Source: Camelus dromedarius
Lineage: Eukaryota
NCBI RefSeq assembly: GCF_036321535.1
Contig: NC_087436.1
Span: 109,494,001-109,558,000, forward strand
Direction of reading: 5' to 3'
Length of the DNA stretch: 64,000 nt
Within the stretch, counting starts at the first letter, position 1. Each line of letters opens with the position of its first letter. The notes beneath the pieces are model-generated. The model did not search any database, was not told where the DNA came from, and saw nothing but the letters and a program-made list of their open reading frames with translations. Positions 12,018-25,481 of this stretch are shown here, one piece after another. The position numbers and the translations under genes were made by a program.

Positions 12018-13914
12018 TGTTCATTTATCTTCATGTTGAATGTCTCTCCAGAGAGGAATTGTTTCCTCTCTTCATTATATATATAAGAATTTTAAAAGTA
12101 ATTTAAATAAATAACTCCTCCTTCAAAGTAGAAGCTTGAGAAGCCACAAATGGGTAATAGCTGTTAATTTTCCATGTTATCTGTGAGAAAAATTAAAATA
12201 TTTGGGGCAGGTGGTTTGAATCTTTGACCAGCTGCTTGATATTAAAAATAATTTTTTTTTTGGTAGAGGGCAGAATTTCTCTTCAATAATTGGTAGAGAA
12301 TTCTTCTAAAATAATACTCATATGCTATAATTATTCCAGAAATGTCACTTTTTCAATTACTGTATGTTTTTAGAAATCGTACTATGTTATCAAGTAGTTA
12401 AATTGAAATGCAACAAACACTTGTTACATGTTTAAGTGCTGTGCAGTGTTGTAGTGTGTACAGATGTGAACATAAATGCTTCTCTCAAAAGCATTGTGGG
12501 ATAGTATAGTAAAAGAAATGTAGGGTACCAACTATAATATAAAACAGAAAGAAATAAAACCTATAATAGAGGCATGCACAGCACACAGAAAAAATATGTA
12601 TATAAAGGCAAATATATCTATATCTATATATATATTTCAAAAGGATACTTTTTAGTTGTTTGGAAAATTACATTAATCAAGATAGCTATTCCCTGGATTG
12701 TTACAGCACATTTTATCTCCTGCAGTTACAGTGTAAGGGTGTTATTTAGTGAATAACTCTTAGACTAGATGCTTGCAAGGAAATGGTTGAGCCACAGGGT
12801 ACTTTAACATTTAATTTTATCCATTTAGATGGTTGCCACAGATTCCCACAACTGACACTGATACTTTTCTAGAAATCAACTGAAAACTGTATAGCTTGGT
12901 TGGCATTAGTCACTGAGAATAATTGTGGCCCAAATAGAGGATTAAAGTTACATGGAAAATATAGTTATGATATTGGGTTTTCTATATCAGTACATGTTAC
13001 AGAAACCACTACTCTGCAAATGGCAGGAATTTGGTAAACAAGGTCAAATTCAGGAGATGGGGTGGGGAGATATTCATTTTTCTAACTGAATGCACTATAT
13101 TTTTTTCATTTCATTTCTTCACCATGGATGTAGCTTGTTCCTTGAAATTTTCAAAGGGTACTATTGAGTGGAAGGGCTCAAGTGAATTTGTTCTTCAAAT
13201 GAACCCGTGCTAATATCTGATAATTTCAATTTCTGATGAATGAGTTGGTCTGTAAACCTATTGCATTTATGACTGCTTTTGCTGTAATGAGCCCAGCTCA
13301 GAAAAAGTGACTTGTTGCAAAACCATACAACATACCTGCTACTATACATACAACCTCCCGAATCAAGACAAAACAACTTCTACTACCAACAACTAACCAA
13401 ACAAAAACATGAAGAAAGGAGGGTTGAAAGAAGCCTATCCTATCCTTGGATGTTGTTCCTTTAAAATAAATAAGAACCCATTATACACAACATCACAAGA
13501 TTACAATTCAATAAGCTCCTGTTCCTCATACACATTCTCACGTACCACATCATTGATGTGATACGGTATCATTGGTCACATTGTGACCTATGTGATATCA
13601 CTGATATCACATTATCTCTTGTGTGGGGTCCACGTTCCTCAAAGTTTTTCAGGTGGGCAAACTGCATTTTTGATGTGTAATGCAGACAGAGATCATTCAA
13701 AGGCAGAAACAAAAACCCAGATGGGATCTATTTGCATGTTAGTTAGTTAGTTCTGGATGTCCATCTGGCTTATTTAATCACATGATAATAATTACAAAAT
13801 AATAATCACATCTATCTCATCTCTCAATCTATGAAACATAAGGCTTGAGGTTTCCTCAAATATTTTTATATCCTTTGCTTTTATTGTAATATATTATATA
13901 CAGCAGTTGTCTAT

Positions 13915-14055
13915 CCCATACATGTACATATACATACACATATATATCAAAATAAGTTGATACATATCTAAATATATGTATATCATGTGTATATATATAA
14001 TGCATATATATATACATAATGTGTATATGTATAATGTATGTATGTACATAAATAT
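13915..14055. repeat. Degenerate (TA)/(CA)/(TG) low-complexity microsatellite
   Basis: Read directly; explains the spurious ORF 13856-14176. Confidence 0.9.
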
Positions 14056-14314
14056 GTCTCTCCCACATTGATTCTCCGATTACCTGGTGAACTTTCAACC
14101 ACCTATTAAAATAGTTTAAACCCTTCTGTGTGCAGCCTTCACTGTAGACCATGTTCCTTGGCACTACCACCATCACTAATTTTACATTCCTTCTAGACAG
14201 TGTTTATCAAGCGAAGGAATCAACATTTGTTATCGTAGATCAGGAACTCCTGGAGGCAGAGACTAATTATTCTTTTTTGAGGCGAATCTTATTTATCATT
14301 TTATCCTGCAGATA

Positions 14315-14823
14315 AGGAATTGGCAACTATGGCTTGCTGCTCTTTTTGTCCACCCCATGAGCTAAGAATGGTTTTTAAATTTTTAAATAGTTGGGAAAAA
14401 GGGAAGAATTATTCATGACATGTGAAAATTGTATGACATTCAAATTTTGGTGTCCGTAAATCAAGTTTTACTGGAATGCAGCCATGCTTATTCATTTACA
14501 TATTGCCCATGACTGCTTTCATAGTTGCAATAGGAAATACAGGATCTGTAAATTCTAAACGATGGTTAGTAACCAGGGCCAACTTGCTCTTAGGCCCCAG
14601 GAGATATGTGACAAAATCTGGAGACCTTTTTGGTTGTCACAGGCAGATGTGGGAGACACCCCTGGAGTCTCATCAGAACAGATTGGGATGCTACTAAATA
14701 TCTTGCAATGAACAATGCAGCCCCTACAGAATCTATCTTATACTCAGTATCAGTGCTGAGGCTGAGAAACTTTGGCCTTACATATCTACTGGTACTTTAC
14801 AGAAAATGTTTGCCAAACTTTGC
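14315..14823. mobile_element. MER58B-like hAT MITE interrupted by a MER20-like MITE (~14560-14773)
   Basis: MER58 motifs GAGCTAAGAATGGTTTTTA and CTTTACAGAAAATGTTTGCCAA flank MER20 motifs TCTGGAGACCTTTTTGGTTGTCAC, GGATGCTACTAAATATC and AGTGCTGAGGCTGAGAAAC. Confidence 0.8.
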
Positions 14824-15984
14824 CCCAGATCCTAATAAAAAACTAAAGGGAGCAACGTTTCCTCTAATAATTAGAAGATATGCACACTTGAGTTCAGATA
14901 CACAAATTTAAAAATATGAGTAATTACAAATTTAGGCAATTGCACTGAATTTTGTTTATGAAATGAATGTCTAGAGAAACCACCTGATCCAAGTCAAATG
15001 CTTCCAACTGTACTCATAACTCAAAACTCACCTGAAAAAGGATGTAGTCAACACTGAAGACGAGAGCTACAAACACATAAACATAAAATCAATTGGTTAT
15101 TTTGGGACATGTGTGCAAACACCTGTTTTATTATTTTTCTAGTTTCAACTTGGTTGTGGTGATTTAACATAGAGGACAAACGAGTCACCTCTAGTATACA
15201 GGAAATTCTGTGTCTCATACTTCAATAGACATTCCAGAATTTTCCTTTTTGAAAAATGTACTGGGTGTGCATTTTGTTAACGTGAAACCCTATCCTGTAT
15301 TATTTAAGCCAAATACTGACATTACATAAAAATAAGACAAAAGAGACTTTCTGTAGCAACGAGTCTTCAGTCGTAAGAGGCAGAGTAATAGGAACCACAG
15401 CTGGGATTTCCTCTCTGATTTTTAAGGATCTCATATCAAGCCACCTCTTAAAAAATCTGTACCTAAGATATATGACTAAACTTACTGGCAACTGGGTTAT
15501 ATTTTCACTTGGCCTTTTAACCCTGCTTTTTGACTTTTAACAAAAGCACGGGAAATATTTCCTTCTGCGGTAGAAGTTAGGAATGGGAGAAGGTGTTCTT
15601 TCCCCTTGTCCATTAGATCATACTAATCTCATACTTTTTCTATTTAGAAACCTGACTTTGAGTTAATATATACCATTCTAACATGTCAAAGATGTTAATT
15701 TTTAATTTGAAACACTTGTCTTAATAAGAACGCGTGAGATCATGTTAGCTTTATTGTGATAGCTCAACGGTCCCATAACAAGTGCCTAATGAAAAGAAAC
15801 AGTGATGTTGCAGCTTTGTCTTATTTTAGGCAACCATAATAAGAGTGGCCCCAGAAAAATTGATAGCAGATTCCACATTTTGTGCAGTGTTCCAGAAATA
15901 ATTTGGTTTTGACATAATGCAGAGTCAAAGAGAATAAAGGAGACTGTGGTGAATACAACTAATTGTTTCCAACTCACTGAGATG

Positions 15985-16200
15985 TGATGATTAAGACGCT
16001 GGTTCAGGAATCAGAAAGACCTGGGTTGGAGCATCGTCTTTGACCCTTCCAAGCTGTATGATCTTATGAAGCTATTCAACAGCTCTAAGATCCCGTTTTC
16101 TCACTTGTGAAATGAGAATAACAGCATTATGAACCTCATAAAGTTGTTGGGATGGTTAAATGGTGTAACACACCTAGAATGTTCAGTGTATTGCAGCTTT
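15985..16200 (+). mobile_element. MIR SINE
   Basis: AATCAGAAAGACCTGGGTT...TTTTCTCACTTGTGAAATGAGAATAA...ACCTCATAAAGTTGTTG. Confidence 0.8.
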
Positions 16201-17255
16201 AATGACTGTCACCCAGATGTATTCTGGGGGCACCTCTGCCTGCCAGAGAGCTCATTACACTTGATTCAAACTCCAATCTGTGTCTTGTGATGTTCCAAAA
16301 TCTTCCCCATGATTTCTGCCATGTTCAGGGCTTCCCTGAATCCCTAAGTTCTTGCCTTCTAATGAGATAGGCTTGCTTTCCTTGGAAACACTTTGACACA
16401 AAACTCTTAACATGTTCACATACAAGAGTACTCACACAATGCACTTAATTTGAAAAACTATTCGAAAGATTTTGGAGTTAATATGGGAGCATTCAGATAT
16501 TGAAACTTTCTACCCCTGGGTGTCATGACTGCATCTCTGTCCTCTTCCTCCCCCTTCTTTCCTCCTTCCTTTCCCATTTTGCTCTAGTTCCTCCACCTCC
16601 TTCTCCTTTCCTGTTTTCTCCCCACTCTCTCCCTCCTCCTTGGCTTCCTGTTTGGTCTCCCTCATTCGCTGTCTCCCTGATTTCCCTGCACTCCGCATCC
16701 CCCTCAAGGCCAGTTTCCGGTGCCTCCGTCTTGCTATGCGGAATAGCTTCCCCTCTCTTGAAGCCTTGTCACACCAGCCCTTCAGACCCTGGGGAGCTAA
16801 GGGAGACTTATTTGTTCCGTGTCCAACACCGGGATTTTTTCCTTACTAATGTGGCTTTCCCCCTAATAGAAATTCAGACTCAGATTTTTAAAAAATAAAG
16901 ATGGCTCATCTTGTTACGTAATTACTGCATTCTTTGTGGTTTACACCTCTGACCTCTGCTCTTCTCTCTGTGTGAATGTTGAGGGAGCATCCATCTCTGA
17001 AGACTCCGTGTCCCACACTGTTTCTCCCACAATGCTTTTCTGCACTTTCTTTTCTTTCTGCACTTGCCTGCATTTTTCTTAGGACCTTTAGTTCCTTTAG
17101 ACCTTGCATTGTGGTGATCTGTAACTATTACATTTTCTATCATCTTTTAAAGGGCTGGAAATAGGCCTTTTTTGTTTTGATTTCTTCCACAGTGCTGTGG
17201 AGTAATACAGTGCATGATATTTGTGGGTTTTTTTAAATAAATAACTCTATCTTTA

Positions 17256-17844
17256 TTTCCTCAAAAAGTTAAAAAAAGAACTACCATATGACCCAGCAAT
17301 TCCACTGCGGGGTATATATCCAAAGAAAAAAAAGACACCAATTGGAAAAGATACATGCAACCCAGTGTTCATGGCAGCATTATTTACAATTGCTAAGATA
17401 TAGAAGTAACCTAAGTGCCCATCAACAGATAATTATATAAAAATATGTGGTGTATATGTGTGTGTATATATATGTACATATGTATGTGTATGTATATATA
17501 CATATATACATACACATACATACAATAGATGTTACTCAGCCATAAAAAAGAATGAAAATCTGCCATTTGCAACACATGGATAGACCTATATGGTATTACA
17601 TTTAGTGAAATAAATCAGACTGAAAGAAAAATACTTTATATTATTACCTATATGTGGAATCTAAAAATAAAGCAAACTAATGAATATAACAAACAGGAAC
17701 AGACTCACAGATACAGAGCACAAACTGGTGGTTTCCAGTGGAGAGAGGAAACGGGGGAGTGTAATCTATAAACATATTGCATCACTATGTTTTATACCTG
17801 TAACTAATATAATATTGTAAATCAGCTGTGTTTCGATAAAAAAA
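17256..17844 (+). mobile_element. 5'-truncated L1 (end of ORF2 plus internally deleted 3' UTR) with an internal (TA/TG/CA) microsatellite
   Basis: GAACTACCATATGACCCAGCAATTCCACT (ELPYDPAIP), CAGCCATAAAAAAGAATGAAA, TGTGGAATCTAA stop region, ACAGACTCACAGATACAGAG UTR, A-rich end. Confidence 0.93.
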
Positions 17845-19696
17845 GGTCATCTTTAAACATAAACATGGCTGGAAACAACAGTCCATAGACAAAAGGGCAT
17901 GGACTTCGACTATGACTCTCCAAGGTTCACGTGTTCTCTCTGTGGTCTTAGTTGTACGTGTCACTCAGAGATTAGACAAGGGAGCAAAGCCATAGGGGAC
18001 ATTATAGGAGTGAGGGAACTGCTATAAAACCAATGTGGTAAGAATTAAAGAAGTGAAAATCTGGAAGGGGAGGTCAAAAGATCAGAGAAAGAAGCACTCC
18101 CCAGTCTTCCTGAAGCACTGTTACAAGTGGACAAGCCAGTGTTCAAGGAAATCTGAGAGGCCAAGCACATCTGGCTGTTTATGCGCGGCCACAGAAAGGG
18201 AGCTTGTAGGCTGGTTATGGAAGCCACTGCACTGGTGTAACTTCCCCCCACCGTGGTGTCCAGCAAGATTGTGGTGGTGGGCTGGGGTTGCTTTTGATCA
18301 GTAGGAGAGTGAGAACACAATGTCTCTGTCCACCACTGTGTCTAACGGCGACTCTCTTCCAAGGGAAATGGCTGCTGCTTTACTTTGTCTTCTGAATCTT
18401 GTGTAAGTGCCACTTTTCACCAACTTTAACCTGGCATCCAAGGAATGAGATTCCAGGGAGCGTGGTTCCCCGCCTGATCCAAGGTGATACAGCACAGCCC
18501 AACACAGTTACGTTACTTAATCTGCCCGAGCTTCAGTTTCCCTATCAGAAGAGTGGAAAGCCTTATTTCCAAGTTGTTGTAAGGACAGGCAGTGCTTATA
18601 CAGCCTAATCTATAGTGGGTCCTTTAGTGATGGCGTCAATGGTTATATGTTACGAATAAGATGCACTGAGATGTAACTGTGCTAGAGAATTGCCTTCTTC
18701 TTTGTTCTGAGACATAAAGAAGATATGGAGGAGAGACAATTAAATAGAAGAAGATGAAAAAACAAGGTCAAAAAAGACATTTTACAAGCTGAGGGGGCCT
18801 TGCAGATTATATTGCAGGTACCTAATTAAGGGCTATTAGAAATCGATCATTCTCCATAGATTCCACTTAGAATTTCACACATTATAATTGCTTCTGTTAT
18901 ATACTCCATTATGTATGCTCTCATTTTCTTAAGAACAAGAGGAGAATGCACTATAGATTTTGGAACTTTCTCACTCCAGAGCTCTTAACATCTCTTTAGT
19001 CAAGATGTGCCTTAATTTTTGACTCATGGTCTAGTGTTATATATATATACATATACATATATATACATATATTTTTTTTTTTTGCAAAATTTACCAATTT
19101 GTCATGCTGTTACCCTTGAAGATAAATCTGAGGGCTGATTTAAGTGAGCACACATCGTCAGTGAGGAGGATGGATGAGATTAGTGTGAACTCCTTTTGGC
19201 TGTTAGCTTGGGAGTCCAAAGTGAACAGAATTCAGTTCACATGGGCCACTGAACGTTCATTCCTTATCACAGTTTTTTAGGTGAGGACCCAGCCAAACAG
19301 AAATTCTTCAGTTTTGTTCATGTCTAGGAAGGGATATTCATGATGAGAAGCTTTTTAGGCTTTCATTCTTTTATTTTTTGCCAAAAATTAGTTTTTCCTC
19401 TTTTTCTTTTATGTTTCACACCATCATTGTACCATCAAATTCCCTTATAGCATCTCCAGGACTATGGGCAAACTTCTAAAATAAGACTTTCTTCTAGGAT
19501 CCATTAGTTGATTGTATAAAAAGTGAATCATTTCTTGAATGTAAGTGAAGAATTTGTTCACACATGACTGTGATTTCAAATGTTCCTGCTTCACACAAGT
19601 CTAAATTCATTGGGCTGCTCTAGAATAATTCAGATTCTATTTCTTATCTCTGTCTTCTCTTTTCCATGCTCAAATTCTTTTTTTCTGTTAGGAGAC

Positions 19697-19898
19697 CAGG
19701 GGTCTGAAAACTTGTTCTGTTTATAGATCAAAAGCCATGTAGTAAATATTTTAGGCTTTATGGATCAAAAGACAAAAACATGGATATTACAGGTACTTAG
19801 GCAACCATCTAGCATGTATCCTTTTAAAAACTGTAAAACACACTCTTAGATCACGGCGATAAACACACAGGTAGCAGGCCATATCAGGTTGACCTCTG
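19697..19898. mobile_element. hAT-Charlie MITE, MER58-like
   Basis: Termini CAGGGGTCTGAAAAC and GTTGACCTCTG; internal TAGTAAATATTTTAGGCTTT. Confidence 0.75.
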
Positions 19899-20354
19899 GG
19901 GTAGACAACTGCCTGCAATTTGACACGTATTATGGTTTCCTAACTTGCTTTTTGGCTGGGGTTCTCTCCGAACTTTGGTCCATAATTTGTCATCATGTAC
20001 ATGCCAACCCACCACAGGCCCTCACCTACATTATTTAAGAAAGGGCTCAATTGTCTTTCAAAACTGAGAAATCCATAAGCATGATATATTATTTTTTTAA
20101 GATTGTGATTTCAAAGATAGGGTTTTTTTTTTTTCAGTGAAATAAATTAAAAGATTCCTAGTGACATGATATATTAAATTTGGTAATAAATTTCCAAGGC
20201 TATCTAACAGGATATAAGTGACATAAAAGAAAACACAAATCTGCCTTTACTCAAATATCTTAATAATTAATGAAAACTTATTTTATGAATTTGAGGGTCA
20301 CGGACGACTTCTCTTTGTTGTCCTAGACCTCTGGCATTTTTCCCTCTGGCATTA

Positions 20355-21140
20355 ATTCCTTCAATGAATATTTATTTCACATGTACAACGTGCCAGAGAT
20401 TCTACCAGGCACTATTAAATCAGAAATAACAGATACAGTCCCAGCTTTCAAGGGACAAGAAGTCGAAGGGAGGAGAAAGAAAACAGGAGAGCTGACACAT
20501 ATAATGTAGGTGGTAAGTGACGTGACAGTAATGGGTCCAGCGCGAAATCCTTGGGAGTGACACTCCACTGGGCAGAATGGAGTCAGGGAGGGCTTCCCAC
20601 AGAATGTGAAGTCTGAGCTGCATCCAAAGCCATAAGCATTGATCATGATGCAGAAGAGAAAAGGAGCGTTCTCAGCAGGAAAAGAAAAATGGGAAAAGGC
20701 ACAGAAACCTTAGCGACCCCAGTGTGTGTAGGGGCTATCCACAATTTAATAAAGCGAGACTGTGAAGAGTGAAATGTGTAGGGGCTGCAACCACGCCTGG
20801 CCAAAAATTGATGGTTGGTCAAGAACTGTTTGACAGATTGAGTGCCAGGATACAGGTCTGAAGAGGTAGGCAGGGCCATGCTGATCTATGGCAAGCTAAG
20901 AAAGTTGAGTTTTATCCAAAAGGCCTGGCTGAACTTTATAAATGATCTGACTTGATGACATTTGAGTCTCAGAAAATTCACTCTGACAGCACTGTGGGAA
21001 TGAACCAGAATGGAGCAAACCCTGAGCCAGCGAGAACAATTAAGAAGCTGCGTATTCTACTAGAAAGGAAATGTTGACGAGCTGCACCATGGAGGTCACA
21101 GTGGGGATGGACAGGAGTGTTACAATTTGAGAGCCTTCCA
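20355..21140 (-). mobile_element. L2 LINE 3' fragment
   Basis: Begins ATTCCTTCAATGAATATTTATT...GTGCCAG (reverse complement of the L2 tail); GTCAGGGAGGGCTTCCC...AAGTCTGAGCTG. Confidence 0.8.
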
Positions 21141-22539
21141 GATCATTAATATATCTCTTTGTGAGTTGAGCAAACCTAGAAACAATAAAACCTCATTTTA
21201 CTTATGTAGCCCTGTACAGTTGGCAAAATATTTTCACAGAAAGATTTAATCAATCAGGTCATACCACAGTCTTTGTGGACTAGACCAGAGAATTATAATG
21301 AAAGAGAAAATAATGCATAATCCGACACTCACAGTGACACATGCAATCTAAGACCAGGTTTTGTTCGTGATAACTCTAATTCCTACTGATCACCTAATTA
21401 ATCCCAGAGAGATCTAAGGCTTGAAAATGCAAATATTACACTTTCCGTCGCAAGGTTAATTTGTATTTACCATCCACAGTTTGGCAAATGATTTTCTGTT
21501 TTCACCATGAATATGCATGGCTTGCTTTCAGCAACCAGAAACACTTTGTTTTTTTATATTCTATTTCATGTTCAGCCTGTAGCAGGACTGACTTGGGGAG
21601 CAGCCTGCTAATTAAGACCGGGTAAATTATAAATAGCAAGTTTAGAGGCAATTGGTGGGCTGAGAAAATATATACTGTATACAATGTGGATCCCAGCAGA
21701 CATTTCCAAGCATTCGTTTTACTTTTAATACATAAAAGCCATGGGACTTTTTGGTGTACCCTACCATAGTTACTGGTTTGCCTTATTTGAAATTAGGGTT
21801 ATCCTTTAATGGGTACTTAAGAAACAGGAGGCATTGAATTAGAAATTCAGTCTCTGACATTGCAGAATTAAATATTCTTCCTCTGTTTTTCCTCCTTTTT
21901 AAATGTCTCCCACAGGATCTCATAGAAAAGGAATGGAGATCAATATATCGTGTTGTAGCTGCAGATGTCATAGTTGGTCCATCTGAAGCTTTAAAGTATT
22001 TACAAAAATACAAACAAAACTGAGGCTCTGAGAGGTCACATGATGAGCCCAAGGGCCCTCAGCAACTTAGTACAAGGAGACCAGAGGCTTCCAACTGAAA
22101 GTCCAGTGCTTTCCGCCCTGTACACTTTACAGCAACATTATTACCTCTTGCCAGTTCCTGAAAGGCCACTGCTGTAAACTGATTCATTTCATTAGAACTT
22201 GGGTTTACTTTAAAAATTCAGACGTTCCAGAGGACACGCAGTTAAATCTGTAAGGATTATCAGTGTGTATACCTTAGTGTGAATGAACTAAATATTGAGT
22301 ATATTTCCCTAAGAGAGGACTTCAAGCAGAAAAAAGGCAGAAAGCAGCCAGGAGAAGGGGAAAGTGTTTCTGTGAAAGAGACACAGGTCTAGAAATTCAC
22401 ACCAAAGTTTGCTTTACCCTATTGAATTGAAGTAGTGCTGTTTAGATATTGGAAAATATTTGTTAAAGTTAACTTTTAGGTGTAAAGAATTTGAAAATTG
22501 ATGTCTAGTTGTGTTAGTAAGTTTGTTATATCCTCCAAA

Positions 22540-22870
22540 TATTCATTTATATCCTTCCTGGATATTCAAATGGCTTCCTTTTTCACCTCCTTCAAGTCTT
22601 TGTTTACATGGCTCCTTCTCCATGAAGTTACCCAGACCCACCCACTCAATGTTGCACCCACTCGCCCATTCCTTCCCCATCTTATTTTTCTCCATAGCAC
22701 TTCTCACCAACTTCCACGCTATAAATTTGAGCTCCCTCCTAGAATATAAGTCTTATGAAGGCAGGAGTTTTGTCTGTTTTGTGCGTTGCTCTTATTCCAG
22801 CGGTTGAAGTGGTACCTGCCATGTGAGAGGGACTCAGTCAACTTTTATTGGAAGAATGAGGAAATTGATT
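22540..22870 (+). mobile_element. L2 LINE 3' end
   Basis: TAGAATATAAGTCTTATGAAGGCAGGAGTTTTGTCTGTTTTG...ACTCAGTCAACTTTTATTGGAAGAATGA. Confidence 0.8.
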
Positions 22871-23362
22871 ACGAACATATTATGTACTACAAAGGGAATG
22901 GAAGAGATATGTTAGTTTATTTTCTGATGGGAGATTTATAAAGACTACTATGGAGAGCAGCATAGCCTAGTTCTTGTGGTTCAAACTAAGCGGAATCCAT
23001 CAAGGTTCTAGCTTAAAATGTGAGATAAGTACTAAATACAATAGGAATAATAATACATTTCACATTTGAAGTCCAATCAGTGAAAAATTAAAATTCAAAT
23101 GTAACATATAGCTGAAATGTTTAGGTAATTGTCATGGAAATTAATTTCCTGTTCTGTGATTTCATTTCCTTTCAGCAAAATTATGTAGTCTTCCACTGTC
23201 TGTAAAGAGAAAGATAAAGAATTTTCTGTTATTAATGGATTGAGATTTATTAGATTTACAAAAGAAGCTGTGACCAAAAACCAAAACAAAAAAACCAGAA
23301 AACAATCAAATGAAAAGACTGAAATAGCAAATTTTGTCCTCCTTCCTGAGCTGTAGGCAATC

Positions 23363-23777
23363 ATTCATTCATGTGTTTGATTTGTTTGGGCCTTGCTTAA
23401 GTGTGGTAAACCATTTTTGGAATAATATTTGTGTTAATAGCAAAGGTCTGCTAATATTTCAGTGTATATGTTAGCATAGCTTAGTTTAAAGACAAGTCCA
23501 TGGAAAGGTTGACAGGAAAATCAGATAACATGCATTTAAGCAAATTGCAAGGAAGATGAATAGTGTCATATGTGTGGTGTACTCCACCAAATTTCTCCAA
23601 CAATGATTATGAAAACTGAATTCAAGTGAAAACAGATGACCCAGGTTTCTCTGAGAAATAAGTATATCACACTCATCCAGTGAATGAAGAATAAATCTTA
23701 ATCTCTTTTTCCATACACACACACACCATGGGGGTCTATATATACATATATATACACCCACATACACATATATATAC

Positions 23778-23808
<31 letters not shown>

Positions 23809-23903
23809 ATATTAGTAGACCTTTGCTATTAACACAATTATTATTCCAAAAATGGTTTACCACACTTAAGCAAGGACCAAACAAATCAAACACATGAATG
23901 AAT
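23363..23903. repeat. 96-bp inverted repeat (arms 23363-23458 and 23808-23903, 3 mismatches, 349-bp spacer)
   Basis: Base-by-base reverse-complement alignment by eye, ungapped, 93/96 identical. Confidence 0.97.
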
Positions 23904-23975
23904 ATATATATATATATTATATATATATGTATATATGTATAATTTATATGTGTGTGTGTGTATATATATCTATAT
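23714..23975. repeat. (CA)/(TA)/(TG) microsatellite split by the right arm of the inverted repeat
   Basis: Read directly. Confidence 0.9.
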
Positions 23976-25481
23976 AGTCACATGTATATTTTAAAAAATA
24001 ATCTTATTTTCTTTTCTACTGTCTCTTTTTTCTTTCTAAAGGATTAATGACACAGAAGAAAGCAAGCTTACATTTTGAGGATCTGGAACTAAATCAGACA
24101 AATACCAAAAAAAGATCAAGGATTGCTCTGTTGGTTTTGTTTTGTGTCCAAACTAAAATTTAAATTTTGTAAGAATAGTTATGCAGTTTAGTTGCCCTGT
24201 CGACTGCATATAAATCAGTGCCACTTCATTCGATTTTCATACATTATAATTTTTACTGTAGTTAAAGATCACTGGGAAAAAAAAGTAAAGATAGATTTTG
24301 GATTAAAAATGTATATAAGAATTTTTAAGGCCTGTTTGTGTAGCCTTCATCATTTCAAATACAAGAAGATAGTTTAATAATTAAAAATTAGTTTTACATT
24401 TCCAAAAAAGAGTATTTTTTGAATGGAGTAAGGAATCATTATTTATTGATAAATTTATGTTAGATACTTAATGGTTATAAACTTTATGTAATGAATATCA
24501 TCACATTATTTAAAAATATAAGTAGATGAAAATGGATTCAATTGTAGTATGAATTAACATCATTAACCCATGGCAGATAAAAATTCAAATAATTCAGTTA
24601 ATAAAATTGAAATACTAGATACATGTTAATTGGATATCCTACAAGAGAACTATATGTTTTCTTAGGTGTTTCCAAATTTTATAAAGCTTAGTCATATATT
24701 TGGCCAAAAGTTATAAAAGGTTAAAATTTTACAGGCTGTATCTTTGATAACATGGTAAAACTGGAAATGAGGTACAACTATGTAAACAAAGCAATAATCC
24801 TTAGAAGTTAAACTATCAATTTCACTTCTTAAACAACTATTTGTTTAAAGAGGCAATAAAAATGTTATTAGATATCTGTAAAAATTGACACTTGAAAATA
24901 GTATATTTCCTATTTAAATGAGAAGAATGATACATGCTACATTATTCACTCCTACATAAATTTAATAAACTCTTTTTCTGATGTCCACTATCAGTCATGC
25001 ACTATTTCAGCACAAGGAATAAGAGACCTAAAAAAAAAAATTGCAGTCCTCAGGGAATTTCCTTTATCCCAGAGTAAAATAAATAGGAATCAAACAGATC
25101 AATAATAGGCTAAAGCATACGAAATTACCTCTTGTGTAGGTCAAAATGGTTAAATGTGGACAATTTCATATGGTTCAACCTAATCTGTAGAATATCAGGT
25201 CGATAGACAGGGAAACATCTAAGTTCAATGATAGTGTATAGGTGCTAACGCAGAAGCTTTTTAAAGGTATGATGAGCACATGAAAATCTGTCTTGTAGAT
25301 CATTACACTGTGCTGGGTATTATGCACAGAAAAAGCTTTCCTCCCCACTTGGCCAATGATATTACTGAAATCAACAATTTTCAGCATATTGCTTTACGTT
25401 ATTTTACATATTTTACACAACAATCAGATATACATTCTATAAATTGTTTTCTTTCTACCCTAGCTTTTTTTTTAAGTTTTC

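Noticed and set aside
13574..13588. Estrogen response element
   Set aside because: Half-sites GGTCA/TGACC are spaced by 5 bp, not the required 3.
16500..16898. 132-aa Pro/Ser/Leu-rich ORF
   Set aside because: Product of a CT-rich low-complexity tract with a TTG start.
23363..23903. MITE or DNA transposon with 96-bp terminal inverted repeats
   Set aside because: No target-site duplication or family-type terminal motif, and the right arm sits inside a microsatellite that continues on both sides.
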